A DNA stretch of 61,561 bases, filler included, from Chiloscyllium plagiosum (Eukaryota), in the NCBI RefSeq assembly GCF_004010195.1. It is 4 parts of one record of this genome, joined end to end, with 100 filler letters (N's around TTAATTAATTAA, not from the genome) between each part and the next. Parts side by side here need not be neighbours in the genome. Positions count along the whole stretch, not along the records: positions 7,827 to 25,490 come from NC_057716.1; positions 25,591 to 50,312 come from NC_057716.1; 2 more parts are not named here. One strand, 5' to 3'. A program made the position numbers and the translations under genes. The notes beneath the pieces were generated by a model, which worked only from the letters and a program-made list of their open reading frames with translations, was not told the DNA's origin and searched no databases. Numbering within the stretch: the stretch's first letter is position 1; each line of letters begins with the position of its first letter. This document shows, one piece after another, positions 25,322 through 37,106 of this stretch.

Positions 25322-25490
25322 TAGAGCTGAAAATGTGTTGCTGGAAAAGCGCAGCAGGTCAGGCAGCATCCAGGGAACAGGAGAATCGACGTTTCGGGCA
25401 TAAGCCCTTCTTCAGGAATGAGGAACGTTTGTCCAGCAGGCTAAGATAAAAGGTAGGGAGGAGGGACTTGGGGAAGGGGCGTCGGAAATG
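25322..25490 (-). mobile_element. Penelope-like terminal fragment with hammerhead motif (25386-25416)
   Basis: Minus strand CUGAAGA-A-GGGC-uuau-GCCC-GAAA-CG-UC, then gatgctgcctgacctgctgcgcttttccagc. Confidence 0.7.
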
Positions 25491-25590
25491 NNNNNNNNNN
25501 NNNNNNNNNNNNNNNNNNNNNNNNNNNNNNNNNNTTAATTAATTAANNNNNNNNNNNNNNNNNNNNNNNNNNNNNNNNNNNNNNNNNNNN
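25491..25590. other. Assembly join: N44-TTAATTAATTAA-N44
   Basis: Same structure as 7727-7826. Confidence 0.95.
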
Positions 25591-28500
25591 GTTTTGCTTT
25601 CAATAATTATTCTAACAGCTTTGTCAACTGTACCGTGTGATCTTCTCATGAATGGCTAAAGACCACCATATCTTGAGTGTAAACGACGTTATTTCTTAAT
25701 CCAGGCACAACTCTGTTCATGAGTCCTTGAAACGTGGCTTGTGCGTTCTTCGGTACAACAATTTGAATGGATACAGCCCATCTGGGGCTACAAACACAGA
25801 CACCTTTTTCGCTTTCTCTGGCCAAGTAAACTGTCTGTAACCATGCAGTAAGTCCAACGGTGTGATGGAACTGGCTTTTACAAGTCTCTCCGTACAGTCC
25901 TCCAATCTTAGTATTGGATCGGTGTTTAATTTTGAATCAGTGTTAACCTTCCAATAGTCCACAGAAAATCGGTGAGTCTCATCAGGTTTGGGAACTAACA
26001 CGATCGGAGGCCTGGAATCAATCTGGCTCTGTTCAATGACGTCTTCATTGAGATCAAATCCACTTCATTATGGTCCAGTGTGGCTACTGAAAGGATAAAG
26101 TCTGTATGGGCATTGTTTAATCAGAACAGCATTCCCGACTTGGGCCCTATGTTCAATAGCATTAGTTCTTCCACATTATTCATGCATATGTCCTGATCTT
26201 GCTGCAACAAACTTATGAAATGAGTTCTTACTCCTGAGACAGGCAGCTGAGTCTCTTATCCCATTCTTCAAGGACTTCCTCATTATTTAACGAAACTTGA
26301 GGCACATCAAAATCCACGACATTTGGACGTGATTCCTCACTTGGTCGGTTAGTATCTAATACCTGTTTCGCCACTTCCCTGTCTATATTGAAATAAGATT
26401 TCAACATATTTACATCTCATACACAATAAAGATTTTGTTCCATCTAGCAACTTTACCAGATAGTTTACCTGAAGCAACTTTTTTTTTTCTATTTCAATTT
26501 GATAGGGGCCACCAAACCTGCTTTTGATGGGATCTCCTACCTTTGGTAACAGTACTAATACGTCAGCCCCACGAGAAAATGTCCGAATTTGGAGTTTCTA
26601 TCTGCCAACTGCTTCATCCTATGCTGTGCCCTCTTCAGGTGCTGTTTAACTCACTCACCCCTACCCGATTTAATATTTCTCTCATCCCCTATGCATATTC
26701 CAAAAGTGACATCACTTTGGTCCCATCAATTTTTCATTAATTCGTTTTAAAGGCCCTCTCACTTCTTGTCCAAACATTAACTCAAATAAGTAAACTGATT
26801 AGATTCGTTTGGGGCATCTCTATTGGCAGACAATATGACTGGGATACCTTCATTCTAATCAATCGTGTAATCCTGATAATGCGGTCTTAACATTATCTTC
26901 ATGGTCTAATACCATTTTTTCAAGGCTCCGTGTGATCCAGGATGGTACGGACTTGCATTAAAATTCTGCATGCCTATACTATCTATGACTTACTTCAAAA
27001 GCTTAGCAGTAAAATTATACACGTGGCCTGATTAATTCTCTCTGGGTAGCCCACTCCAGAAAGCGACCAACTTTTCCACCACCAAGTTTTCCTTAATACT
27101 TCGTTCATGAATTGCCTCCAAGAATCTGGAAGCTATATCCATTATGGTGAGCAAGTATTGGTTCCCACACTTACTTTTAGGGAGGGGACCTACACAGTTA
27201 ACTATAACTCACGTGAAAGGTTCTCCATATGCAGGAATTGGCAAAAAAAATTGCGGGTTTTAATACCGGCTGTGGCTTAACTCCCATTTGGCAGGTATGA
27301 CATATGCGGGAAAATTCAACCACATCTTTGTGCAGTCCACGCCATCGGAAAAGCTGCAAAAATCAGCCTGACTCTTCCTCACATCTAGCTGACCTTTTAC
27401 TTGTAATTCATTTACTATATTTAACAACTCCTGCTTGTATGCTACTGGCAATACTTCTGTCCATTTCTCCTGTGCACTAACCTGCCGAGCTCTCCATTTT
27501 CATTTTAGGATGCTCTGCTTCCTTTCGTATTAGGTCATATTTTTGTGCATGTGCGTTAGCCTATTAGTACGAAACATGACTGCCTTTCTGTCTGCCTGTT
27601 CAGGATTTTCCTGAACCATTACATCAGAAAGAGTGTCCGTTAACTGAACCTCAATACTCTCATCTTTTATGTTAGTTGTTCACTTCTTGCTTTAACATCT
27701 TGTTATAATACTGTTTAGAAACATTTCAGGGTATCTCTCTTTGAACTCCTCAGTTTCCTGGTCATCCTTTGGCTTTTTCAAAACCAGTGGCTTCACTCCC
27801 ACATTGGATCCTGCCAAATGATTGCCAAGAACAATCTGTTTTCCTGGAAATGACATTGTCAATCACTTCCACTGTTACTTCCCAAGTCTTGATTTGGATC
27901 TCCAAACTGATCTTACGCAGGGGAAAGCAACATTTCTGCCAATATAATCCACAAGTTATTACTTTCTCGGGTAACATGTGGGAAAGATTGAAAACACTTT
28001 CATCTCTTAATGTTTGCCTTCTTCTCATGTTCTTCATGCATAAAATTTACCCACAGTGGTGAAGTCTTCCCAGAGGTCAATATCCAGCCCCTGCCTCAGC
28101 TGTGTAATTTCCTGCAACTCCTCGACTTTCCCTGGGTGCAAATGTTACTGGCCTAGTCTCTTTTATGACAGCTATTCCCACAGTGTCTTTCTTCAATGAA
28201 CAATGCAGTGACTTTTTGTCTCCCACTTACCACAATGGATACCTTGGTATCAGTGAAGAATGACGAGGCCTTGCACATTCTTGGCTTTCTCTATTCACTG
28301 CCGGTAAACTACTCCCAGTTTTCCGGTGAAGCATCACCCCTTGTCCCAATTTTATCCCTTACTGGATGAAATTCATGTCGGAACCTATATATTACGTGCG
28401 ACACGAAGGCATATTCATCTGCCATCTCTGCCGCTCGTCTCAATTCTTGAAAGTTCTGTTCGTCAACATCTCTGGAAGTGAGTTTTTAACCTCGTTCAGC

Positions 28501-30550
28501 ATGGAGTCTCATAGGTCTTTTCTGATTTTAAGTCCCGCACTAAAATTACTATGATTAATTTTTTTTAGAAATCAACATATGTCTGATCTGCTACCTTCTT
28601 CATGTCGGTGATTCATTGTCTCTTTGCTTCTTGTATCAATTCATAAGCACTGAAAATAGCCAGTTTAACAACGTCATGATCTCTTGACCGCGCTGAGAGC
28701 GCTGCATATACCTCACTGCCCTACCTTCCAGCTTCGTCTGAATTAGCATTCCCCAAAATTTCTCTGACGACTCCATCTGCCTAGCTCGTTTTTTAAATGA
28801 AATAAAGAAGGCTTCGTCATCTTTCTCATCGGAATGCAGCAATGTTTTAAAACAGTTGAATAAATCCCTACACTCTTGCTTCATTTATAATATGTTAACT
28901 TCACGTTTCTGACTAATTTACAACTTCTGAAGTTCAAATTATCTCTCCCTTTCCGTTTCTCTTTCTTCACTCTCTGAGCTCATCTCAGAACCTTCTCTCC
29001 TGTTTTTATTTCTCTTTCTCTTTCTTCTCACTCTTTTTCATTCTCCCACTTTCTCTTTCTTATTGCACAGGGAAGAACCTTCTCTCTTTTTTTCCTTCAA
29101 ACTCAATTTGAATCATTTTCAATTTAATTTTCCTAACTGAATTGAACTTGTCTGTTTCTCCCATATGCCTAACTGATTGGCCAAGTCCATTACAATTTCA
29201 GCTTTCCATTTGTCCCGGGGTAAAACGAATTCTAAGCTGTCAGATAATAACAAAAGTATATCCATCCTCTATCATTCTCAACTTCCTTGGCAAATTTGGG
29301 AAAAATCATCAAAACACGGAATGTCTTTAGCATGGTAAGAGCCATTTCCCTCACTTTCAATTTAAACAAACACAAATGACTGCAATTTTACGGCACGGTG
29401 GCTCAGTCGTTAGCACTGCAGCATTAGCGTACTAGAATCCCAAGTTCGATTCCAGTCTCGCGTGATTGTCTGTTTGGCGTTTGCATATTCTCCCCATGTC
29501 TGCATGGGCTTCCAAAAGGTGCTCTGGCTTCCTTTCATAGTGCAAAGTTGTGCAGGTCAGGTGAATTGTCCACAGCGTTCGGTGCATTATTCAGAGGGAA
29601 ATGGATCAGGGTGTGTTACTCTTCGGAGAGTCGGGGGACGTTTTCGGTGAAGGGCCAGATTCTGCACAGATGCGAATCTAAACTAAACGCTTTCTTTCAC
29701 CTCCAGTTTATTTAAACATCTAGGGCACCAATGGTCAACAGTTTAGATCTGCTGGGGTCTTTCGAACTCCAAATACATTCAAACATGTCCAAATCCCAAA
29801 TGAGCACTCAATCAGGAACAGCGCATATTTCGAACCTCTCTGTTAATTAAAACCAAACACTCAGAAAAAAAGAAGTGTGAGGGACTGAAAGGGAACTCTT
29901 AATTTCCACTATTTAAATCAGTGACAATTTAGTAGAACACCCCAAGCAAAACTATTAACAAACTTAATTTTCCTTCACCTAACTGAACACGATCCTATTG
30001 GCATGCTATTCCAATAACACAATTATTAAACATTACATTGAATTAATCTCAAATCCATACAGTCTCTGTCTCCTCCTTTGCCTTCAATCGCCTGTCTGCT
30101 GATCTCCCTTGGTCGTCTTTATTTTTACTCCGAGTACGTTTGACTAGAAAAGGTATCTTTTTGATAGAGTGCCTTCTGATTTCTTTGACAGTAAGAGTTT
30201 AGATGGCTGTTCGTTCTCTGGCGACACAGCTGTTGCTCTGCTGTTCAGTGGCAGTTGCACTGACCAATTTTAAAAATGGCCTCTTTTTTATACTCCCACA
30301 ATCTTTCCCTGTCACTGGTTCTATGTTGACAAATCAAGAAATTCAAACTCGATTTGGTTTCAGTATGCTGGGCGGACCTTAAACTTTGATTTGATGTCAA
30401 AACAGCAATCAAAACTTACATATCCATTTAACAGCCAACTGTTCCATATGTATATTTTGGAACATGTCATCTCGCAGCCTTTCCATTCAGACAGCTGAGC
30501 CTGCACTTTGAGTTCACTTCAATATTCAGAAAACCATCGCCATTTTAAAA
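25591..30550 (-). mobile_element. Degenerate Gmr1-like Gypsy element (5' LTR, gag, IN, RT; 3' end cut by gap)
   Basis: gag EAFFISFKKRARQM...LIQTKLEGRA (28636-28884); integrase region ~26750-27450 lies upstream of RT LVPKPDETHRFSVDYWKVN...LDLLHGYRQ (25717-26001); LTR-like sequence at ~29815-30550. Confidence 0.8.
29390..29680 (+). mobile_element. Diverged HE1-type SINE
   Basis: cggcacggtggctcagtcgttagcactgc...gttcgattcc...gaagggccag tail. Confidence 0.75.
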
Positions 30551-31599
30551 TGGGCATGCATGATTTGGCTTATTAAGTTTAGACATTTTAATGACCCAAT
30601 TTATTTATTAAGGTTAATATTCCATGTGCGTATCGAATTAATGTTTTTTTTTCTCCAAATTATTTGCAATTACCTAAAGCTCGTATATTTCAGTGAGAAA
30701 TTAAATAGTTTAATTAAATTTAAAGTCATAAGAAAGGTAAATCTATTTGATTACTCAATTAATTACTTTGATTGCTCACTGTGAATACCAAGGGTTCAGA
30801 GAACAACAACCTGTGAAATGTTAGAGTGACAATGTATTCATTTGAATACTGACAATGAATATGTAATTGTGATCACCACAACAATGAGACAACATATTAT
30901 CTGTTCTGTATAAAATAACATGTTTTTTGTATCATAAAGTGTTTCCATTAATTTACGTTTTATTTCCATAAAGAAAGCTACAACGTAATTGTTCTCAGAG
31001 ATAATCCAAGTATTGTTCAGCGAAATACTCAGAGTTCACATGTTATTGTTGCCAATTCACAAAACACAGTAACTATCTTATTGTTGTCCAGACTGAGAAA
31101 CTCATCATTTGCAATCACGTCCTATATTAAAAATGGCTTCCCAAGGACCTGAATCAAGGCAGTGTCACTGTAACTCACAGCTGCCTGTGATTTTGACCCT
31201 GCTCCTAAGTCTTTGCAGAAAGCTTCCAACCTGGATGACGGCAGTTGTTCCAACACTCTTTCAGAGCAAATTATAAGGACTTCATCATGAATAGGAGGGA
31301 AACTAGCCAATAGTGATAAGTGGTCTTCGTGTAGGTCCCAAATGCAGTCTAAATTAGATACCAATGACCGATCAGCAACTCGGTCTTACAAATTGATCTT
31401 CAGTCCCAGTCTTGCGCAGGGTGCAAATGTATGGAATGCTATGAAGGTGTGGAATGTAGGATGCCTGAAAAGCTAGCAGAACTGCTTGAGAGCACCAAGT
31501 GTTCTGAATAAGATACAATGTAACATGTGGTCCAGCAGCGAGGATAGCTGTTTGTCTGGAGGTGAAAAAATATTTGAATTCGGCAAATCATTTTATATT

Positions 31600-32120
31600 A
31601 TACCCAGAAAAATACCAAATTCCTTTCAAGTTTGAATTTGGGTCATTGACAATATGAAAATCCAATGAAACCATCCGATGCTTGGTGGTCTAACCCCGAG
31701 AAAACGTGAAAATGGAAGAGAGCTGCCAAAAGACAAACAGAGGTGGGCTGCTCGTCAGAACTCTCTGAGAGATACCTGTTTAGAGAAGGAGTTTGCGCAG
31801 ACTGAAGAAAATATCGACACTGACTGGAAAGCAAATCTACAGAGGAAGATACATAGGGGAGATCCGACAGCTGGCTGGTTTTTGAAATCTGAAAATCTTA
31901 CTCGGGCGTTTTATAGAAAGGAACGGAATTGATAGGTTAAAGGAAAGAGTTGTAATCAATTGTTGGTTAATTATTTTCTGTTATACCTAATGAAACAAAA
32001 TTGTAAATCTTTACTTTACGTCGTTCCTGGCCTCCCGAACTTTCAGAGATTACTGAACAAGATTAATCCTTTCTCTGTAATGGTTTAAGTTAAGCACGGG
32101 AGTGTACCCCGTGTCGTAAC
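31600..32120 (+). mobile_element. Solo or partial LTR of the Gypsy family, ending ...ccccgtgtcgtaaca
   Basis: Its terminus resembles the reverse complement of the LTR end at 33827. Duplicated at ~44690-45210. Confidence 0.55.
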
Positions 32121-32254
32121 AGGGGTTGTCAATATCACACACCACAAGCCTTTTATAGTGATGACATCTGCCACACCTCCCAGATTCCCAATACCAAAAC
32201 CCTTGATCTGACACAGGGCGAAGAAATTAACAACTTGATAGTTTCTTGTAGTCC

Positions 32255-32625
32255 TGTGGGCGGCACGGTGGCACAGTGGTGTGGGCGGCACGGTGGCACA
32301 GTGGTTGTCGGCGGCACGGTGGCACAGTGGTTAGCACTGTTACCTCACAGCACCAGAGACCCGAGTTCAATACCCGCCTCAGGCAACTGAATGTGTGGAG
32401 TTTGCACGTTATCCCCCTGTGTGCGTGGGTTTCCTTCTGGTGCTCCGGTTTCCTCCCACAGTCCAAAGATGTGCAGGTTAGGTGAAATGGCCATGCTAAA
32501 TTGCCCGTAGTGTTAGGTAAGGGGTAAATGTAGGGGTATGGGTGGGTTGCGCTTCGGCGGGTCAGTGTGGACTTGTTGGGCCGAAGGGCCTGTTTCCATA
32601 CTGAAATGTAATGTAATCAAATCTA
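32255..32625 (+). mobile_element. HE1-type SINE with triplicated 5' head
   Basis: (tgtgggcggcacggtggcacagtgg) x3, then a full SINE body and gggccgaagggcctgtttcc tail. Confidence 0.9.
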
Positions 32626-33826
32626 TAACACCTTGTGTCGAACAGTGAACACGCTAAACCATATTCAGTATATGTCACCTTCACATTCATCAGTGTGAAA
32701 ATAAAACTGCACATCTGCATGGATGGCCATAGATTAATACATGGGAAACTGAACCTTCTTGTAAGTAGGTTTAGAGATCAGACCTGCAGAGTCCATCTGA
32801 AATAAAAAGCAGCAAATATCAACCCGAGCATCACGTTAATCAGTGAACTTGGTGGATTCTGCCTGGTGTTGGTCACACATACACATATTGTACTTGACAC
32901 GCAGTTGAATGTAACAATGTGCAAAATAACTGGATATTTTGGCCTAACGCCTCTCCCCAGCTTCTTGAACTCACATATCTCACTCCCTCACACACTCACC
33001 ATAAACTGAGTGAAAAAGTCTGTCATTCACCTCAACTTGTCCTACTCCATAATGTCCTGGTCAACCCACTGACTGGTTGCTTTCCATTTCATGGGTATAT
33101 ACGGTGCTACCATGCTGATCTGTTAGGGTTTCCACTACCCTGTGCATTTTGGAATGGATAACATAAGAAGCCACCAAACATTTCCTTGTGAGAAATTTCA
33201 TCTGGCGAGAGACAGGTTTGAACGGCCATGTGGAGAGTGATCATTGTTCATAAAGGGTCAGCACAAGCCAGTACACTGCACAGACCAGCAGCATCGCTGG
33301 GAGCACACGCACTTGTGGAGAACACAAACAATGTTGCCCCATGACTGAGTATTGTCCGCTCTGCACACTGTATGGGGAGATAATCACGAGAAACCCATGA
33401 TATGTGGCGGTGATTGCTCACTTCGGGAAATTTGCATTTGATGCAGCAAATTTATAAAAAAGAAATGATGATTCTACATATGGCATTTTTTACAGTTTCA
33501 TAGTTATAGTTTTGGTTCATAGATTGTGAGGCCTGACAACAAACAGTGAATGACTGTAGAACTCAGAGGTATAGACTGTTCTGGGTATTATATTCTCATC
33601 AGAAGGTCTTTACCTGAATGCTGTCAGCATCATAGATCAGACAGATCTGTTAAGGGAATAGATTGACATTTGAAATTTTGACATTTTTGCCATCATTGAT
33701 GTGGCTGAAGGAGGTTAGGATTAGCATGTCAATATTCTGTGGTATCGGAACTACAAGCAGGAGATGATATTATTTTATTAAGTGAGCGGTCAATTACTGC
33801 AGTAAAGAAGAATGATATGTTGGAAG

Positions 33827-35504
33827 AGTTATGACATGGAGTAATCCCCCTTCGATTTTAAACGAACCAGACAGAAAAAGCTCACTTTGCATCCTAAGCT
33901 GTTAAATTTTGTGTGTCAAAGTTCTATCCCAGATCTCACTATTTAAATTAAAAACTCACGTCTTTATTCTTTAAGTCCATAACACAGCAACTATTCACAA
34001 CTCCTTTCTCTCAAACGTATCTTTGAACTCCCCTTCTACAATGCGAGTATGATCAAAACCCCGATTAAGTTTTACAAAGAAAAATTCTTGTTTCAAAACC
34101 AGGCAGATTTCAGTTCTTCTCTGTCGTTTCCTGTCTTCGTTTCTTCTTAGGTGTTCTGCTTCACAAGTCTTTGATAGATAAAGGGATTTTACAGAGAGCA
34201 GGTATTTCTATAATCAGTCCCACCTTGTTGGTGCTGGTCGATTTATCCGCTCAGAAGAGCCGTTCGAAATATATGACATTTACACCAGAAACATCGGATC
34301 CTATGATTGGGGTAGTGCTGTCAAACAATATATTTCTAAATTCGTTTTGAGTTTGTTTAACTTGGCGCATCATTTAAACTGATTGGCTAAATTCGAATTT
34401 GTTGTATACAACAGCATCAAAGCTGCAGCTGGTTATTTAAAAAAACTGTTACATTTTAAATCATTCGGAACATTTCGTGACAGCCATTAATTTCAACTCT
34501 CTTTAAGGTAGAGTATACGTTGAAAATTTTGTAACACCCCCTTCCTTCAGAAAAAATGAACTACCATAACGAAAATGTGGTTTCATTTTTTTCTCTATTC
34601 CATAAACGCATCACAATAACATATAGATAAGTTTAATCTAAGTTACTCTTCACTTCTTCCAATATATATAGAACATTGGATAACTATGATTAAAAATCGA
34701 AACTTTATCAGTTAACTCCACGATAATGCCCCTGCGTTTATTGCAACCACAACATGCGCGATATTTAAGTTCAAAATCTGTAACATTCACCTGGAATGAA
34801 ACGGTCTTGCGTTTAAGACCATTCTAAGAATGTCAACGGATTATGATCTTTGTACACAATCGGCTCCGACCATGATTCGTGACATACACATTAAAATGTT
34901 GTAAACGTCGTACGAAACTCAATAGTTCATTTCCGGTCATACAGCGTTTCTTCTGGTGGACTTTGAGTTTATTCAAAAAGCAACCAACTGGTAGTTCAAC
35001 TCCATCAACATCTTCCTTTCAAATTGTTTACGTTTATTACAAGTTTTGCATCTCGGAGTTGTTCAAAGAGCTCTACTAACCATACCATGTGATCTTTCCA
35101 AGACGTACTAATGATCAATACATCGTCCAAATAGACTGCACAGTTTGTTAACTAAGCCACAAATCTGCTCATGAGTCTTTGGAATGTGGCAGGTGCATTT
35201 TTTTCATTTCATTGACGTAGCCCAATTTTGGTTGCAAACATAAAAATCTCTTTTGCCATGTCTGATTAAGCTATCTGCCAGTAAACATGCACTAATTCCA
35301 ACTTGGTGTTGTAACTAGCTCATCCAGCTTTCTCGATACAGTCCTCCAATGTCGGTATTTGATATAAGCCTGATTTTGTAACTGTGCTCCTGTTTCGATA
35401 ATTCACACAAAACTGTTGAGTCACGTCAGGTTTGGGAACTAAGATGATCGGCGAACTCCACTCGCTCTGGCTTGATTTGATGACGTCCTTGTTGAGCATG
35501 GCTT
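33827..35504 (-). mobile_element. Gmr1-like Gypsy 3' part: RT/RNase H, PPT and 3' LTR (33827-34536)
   Basis: SEWSSPIILVPKPDVTQQFCVNYR; PPT gaaggaaggggg immediately before TGTTACA on the minus strand at 34536. Confidence 0.8.
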
Positions 35505-36300
35505 GAAGGAGCTGGAGGAGGTTACATGGATAGGTAGGATGTGTAATGCGAGAGGATGCCACATAGATACAGAGGGGTGTAGGGACTGGAGGGGTTCACC
35601 GAGAGAGGGAGGAGGTCTAATATTTAGAGGGGGCCACAGAGAGAGGGATTGGTGTTGTGCAGAAGGACGTCACAGAGGTAGCGAATGTTGTAATGTCCAT
35701 ATGAGTTCACAGAGATGGGATGAACTGAATTGCAGGAGATTTCAGAGATAAGGAGGGGTGTTGGAACTGGAGAAAGTTACAGTTATGGAGAAGGGTGTAA
35801 GTGCTGGAGGAGGTTGCATAGCAAGGGGGGTGTGTAAAATTTGAGAATGTTACACAGATAGGGAGAGTTCTATAAGTCCTAGGACGTTACCGAGATCAGG
35901 AGGGGTTTCGAGGTGGGAGAATTTAACAGGGAAAGGGAAAGTGCAGTGTCTGGGGGAGGTTACAGAGATAGCGAGGGCTGTGGTGCCTGGAGAGGGTGAC
36001 AGAGATAATGAGGGATGTTGCAGCAGGAAGAGTTTACAAAGAGAGAGAGAGGGATGTCGGGCTGGAGGATGTTACTGCGATAGAGAGAGGTGTAGGGTTT
36101 GCAGGAAATTAGAATGATAGGCAATGGTATGACGTCTCGAAGAGCTCAAAGAGAGTGGGAGTAATAGCCATTCTGCCTGAATTTACAGCCACAAATATGA
36201 TGAATATTGTGGAGATACGATGGGTCACTGAGAAAAAGGATGGATGTAGCAGCCGGAGGATGTGAAAGGGATACATACAGAAATTATATGGAGAGTTTAA
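35505..36300 (+). repeat. Purine-rich degenerate minisatellite (ggaggaggttacagagatagggaggggtgtagggactg-like, ~39 bp)
   Basis: Recurrent ttacagagatagg units. Confidence 0.75.
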
Positions 36301-36575
36301 CTATATTACATAATAAAGTATTGAGATAAAATGTAGAAATCTGTGGAATCGACAAGGTAGTTGGACTAACTGAATGAATAAGGGGTCGTAGGATCCAATT
36401 AGAAGAGACACGGTGTCAGTATCGTATAGCACAGGAGAGGCCCTTCGATTGACAACGACAACAAAAAAAAATCCTGTGGAACCTGCAACCCGCTCCTCTG
36501 TAATGTTTGGCGGCTCGGGCCGGAATTCGCGAAGCTGCCCGACAAACTGTTTAAGCAACCAATGACACAATGAAA

Positions 36576-36750
36576 CCTCATGGTGTCAGATCAAACACGG
36601 ATATGGAAATCTTTTTGTGACTGCCCTCTCTCAGCCTCAAGGTGTCAAATCAAACACTGACAAGGAAACCTCCTGCTGACTCTCCTCCCTCAGCCTCATG
36701 GTGTCAAAGAAAAAACATTCACACGGAAACATCCTGCTGAATACCGTCCC
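36576..36750. repeat. ~59-bp tandem triplication within LINE
   Basis: cctcaWggtgtca...aaacac...ggaaa units start at 36576, 36635 and 36694. Confidence 0.8.
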
Positions 36751-37084
36751 ACAGCTGATGGATCAGTATCCCTCTACATTTTACAATAATTTCAGAAGCA
36801 CTGAGAGAGTAGCGAAGGAGGATAATGTTTACTGTGAGGGCCATTTCAAAAATGGCACTAAGAGGGTTTCAGCACTGTCAGTCGAGCAGGTCCAGTCAAA
36901 AATGACACAACTGCTGGACTGAGTCTGCATTAGATGGGGAGGGAACGACGAAGAGTGAGAAATATACTTGACCTCATACTCACCAATCCACAGACACATT
37001 GATCGATGACCATATTGGTAACAGTGACTCCTGCATACAGCATATGTGGAGTCAATGACTCACTTTTACATGGCGAGCACCCTC

Positions 37085-37106
37085 TGTGTGTGTGTGTGTG
37101 TGTGTG
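37085..37106. repeat. (TG)11 microsatellite
   Basis: Read directly from the sequence. Confidence 0.95.

Larger units (their letters stand above)
31179..33646 (-). pseudogene. Three-exon relic (33646-33614, 33367-33031, 31555-31179) of a type II membrane protein, possibly sulfotransferase (CHST15)-like
   Basis: Canonical AG/GT boundaries; ATG at 33342 followed by hydrophobic VLPAMLLVCAVYWLVLTLY; LHSIPYICTLRKTGT followed after a frameshift by L*DRV (LYDRV in copy 2); several stops. Confidence 0.35.
29946..35504. repeat. Direct segmental duplication, copy 1
   Basis: Collinear with 43035-48869. Confidence 0.95.
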
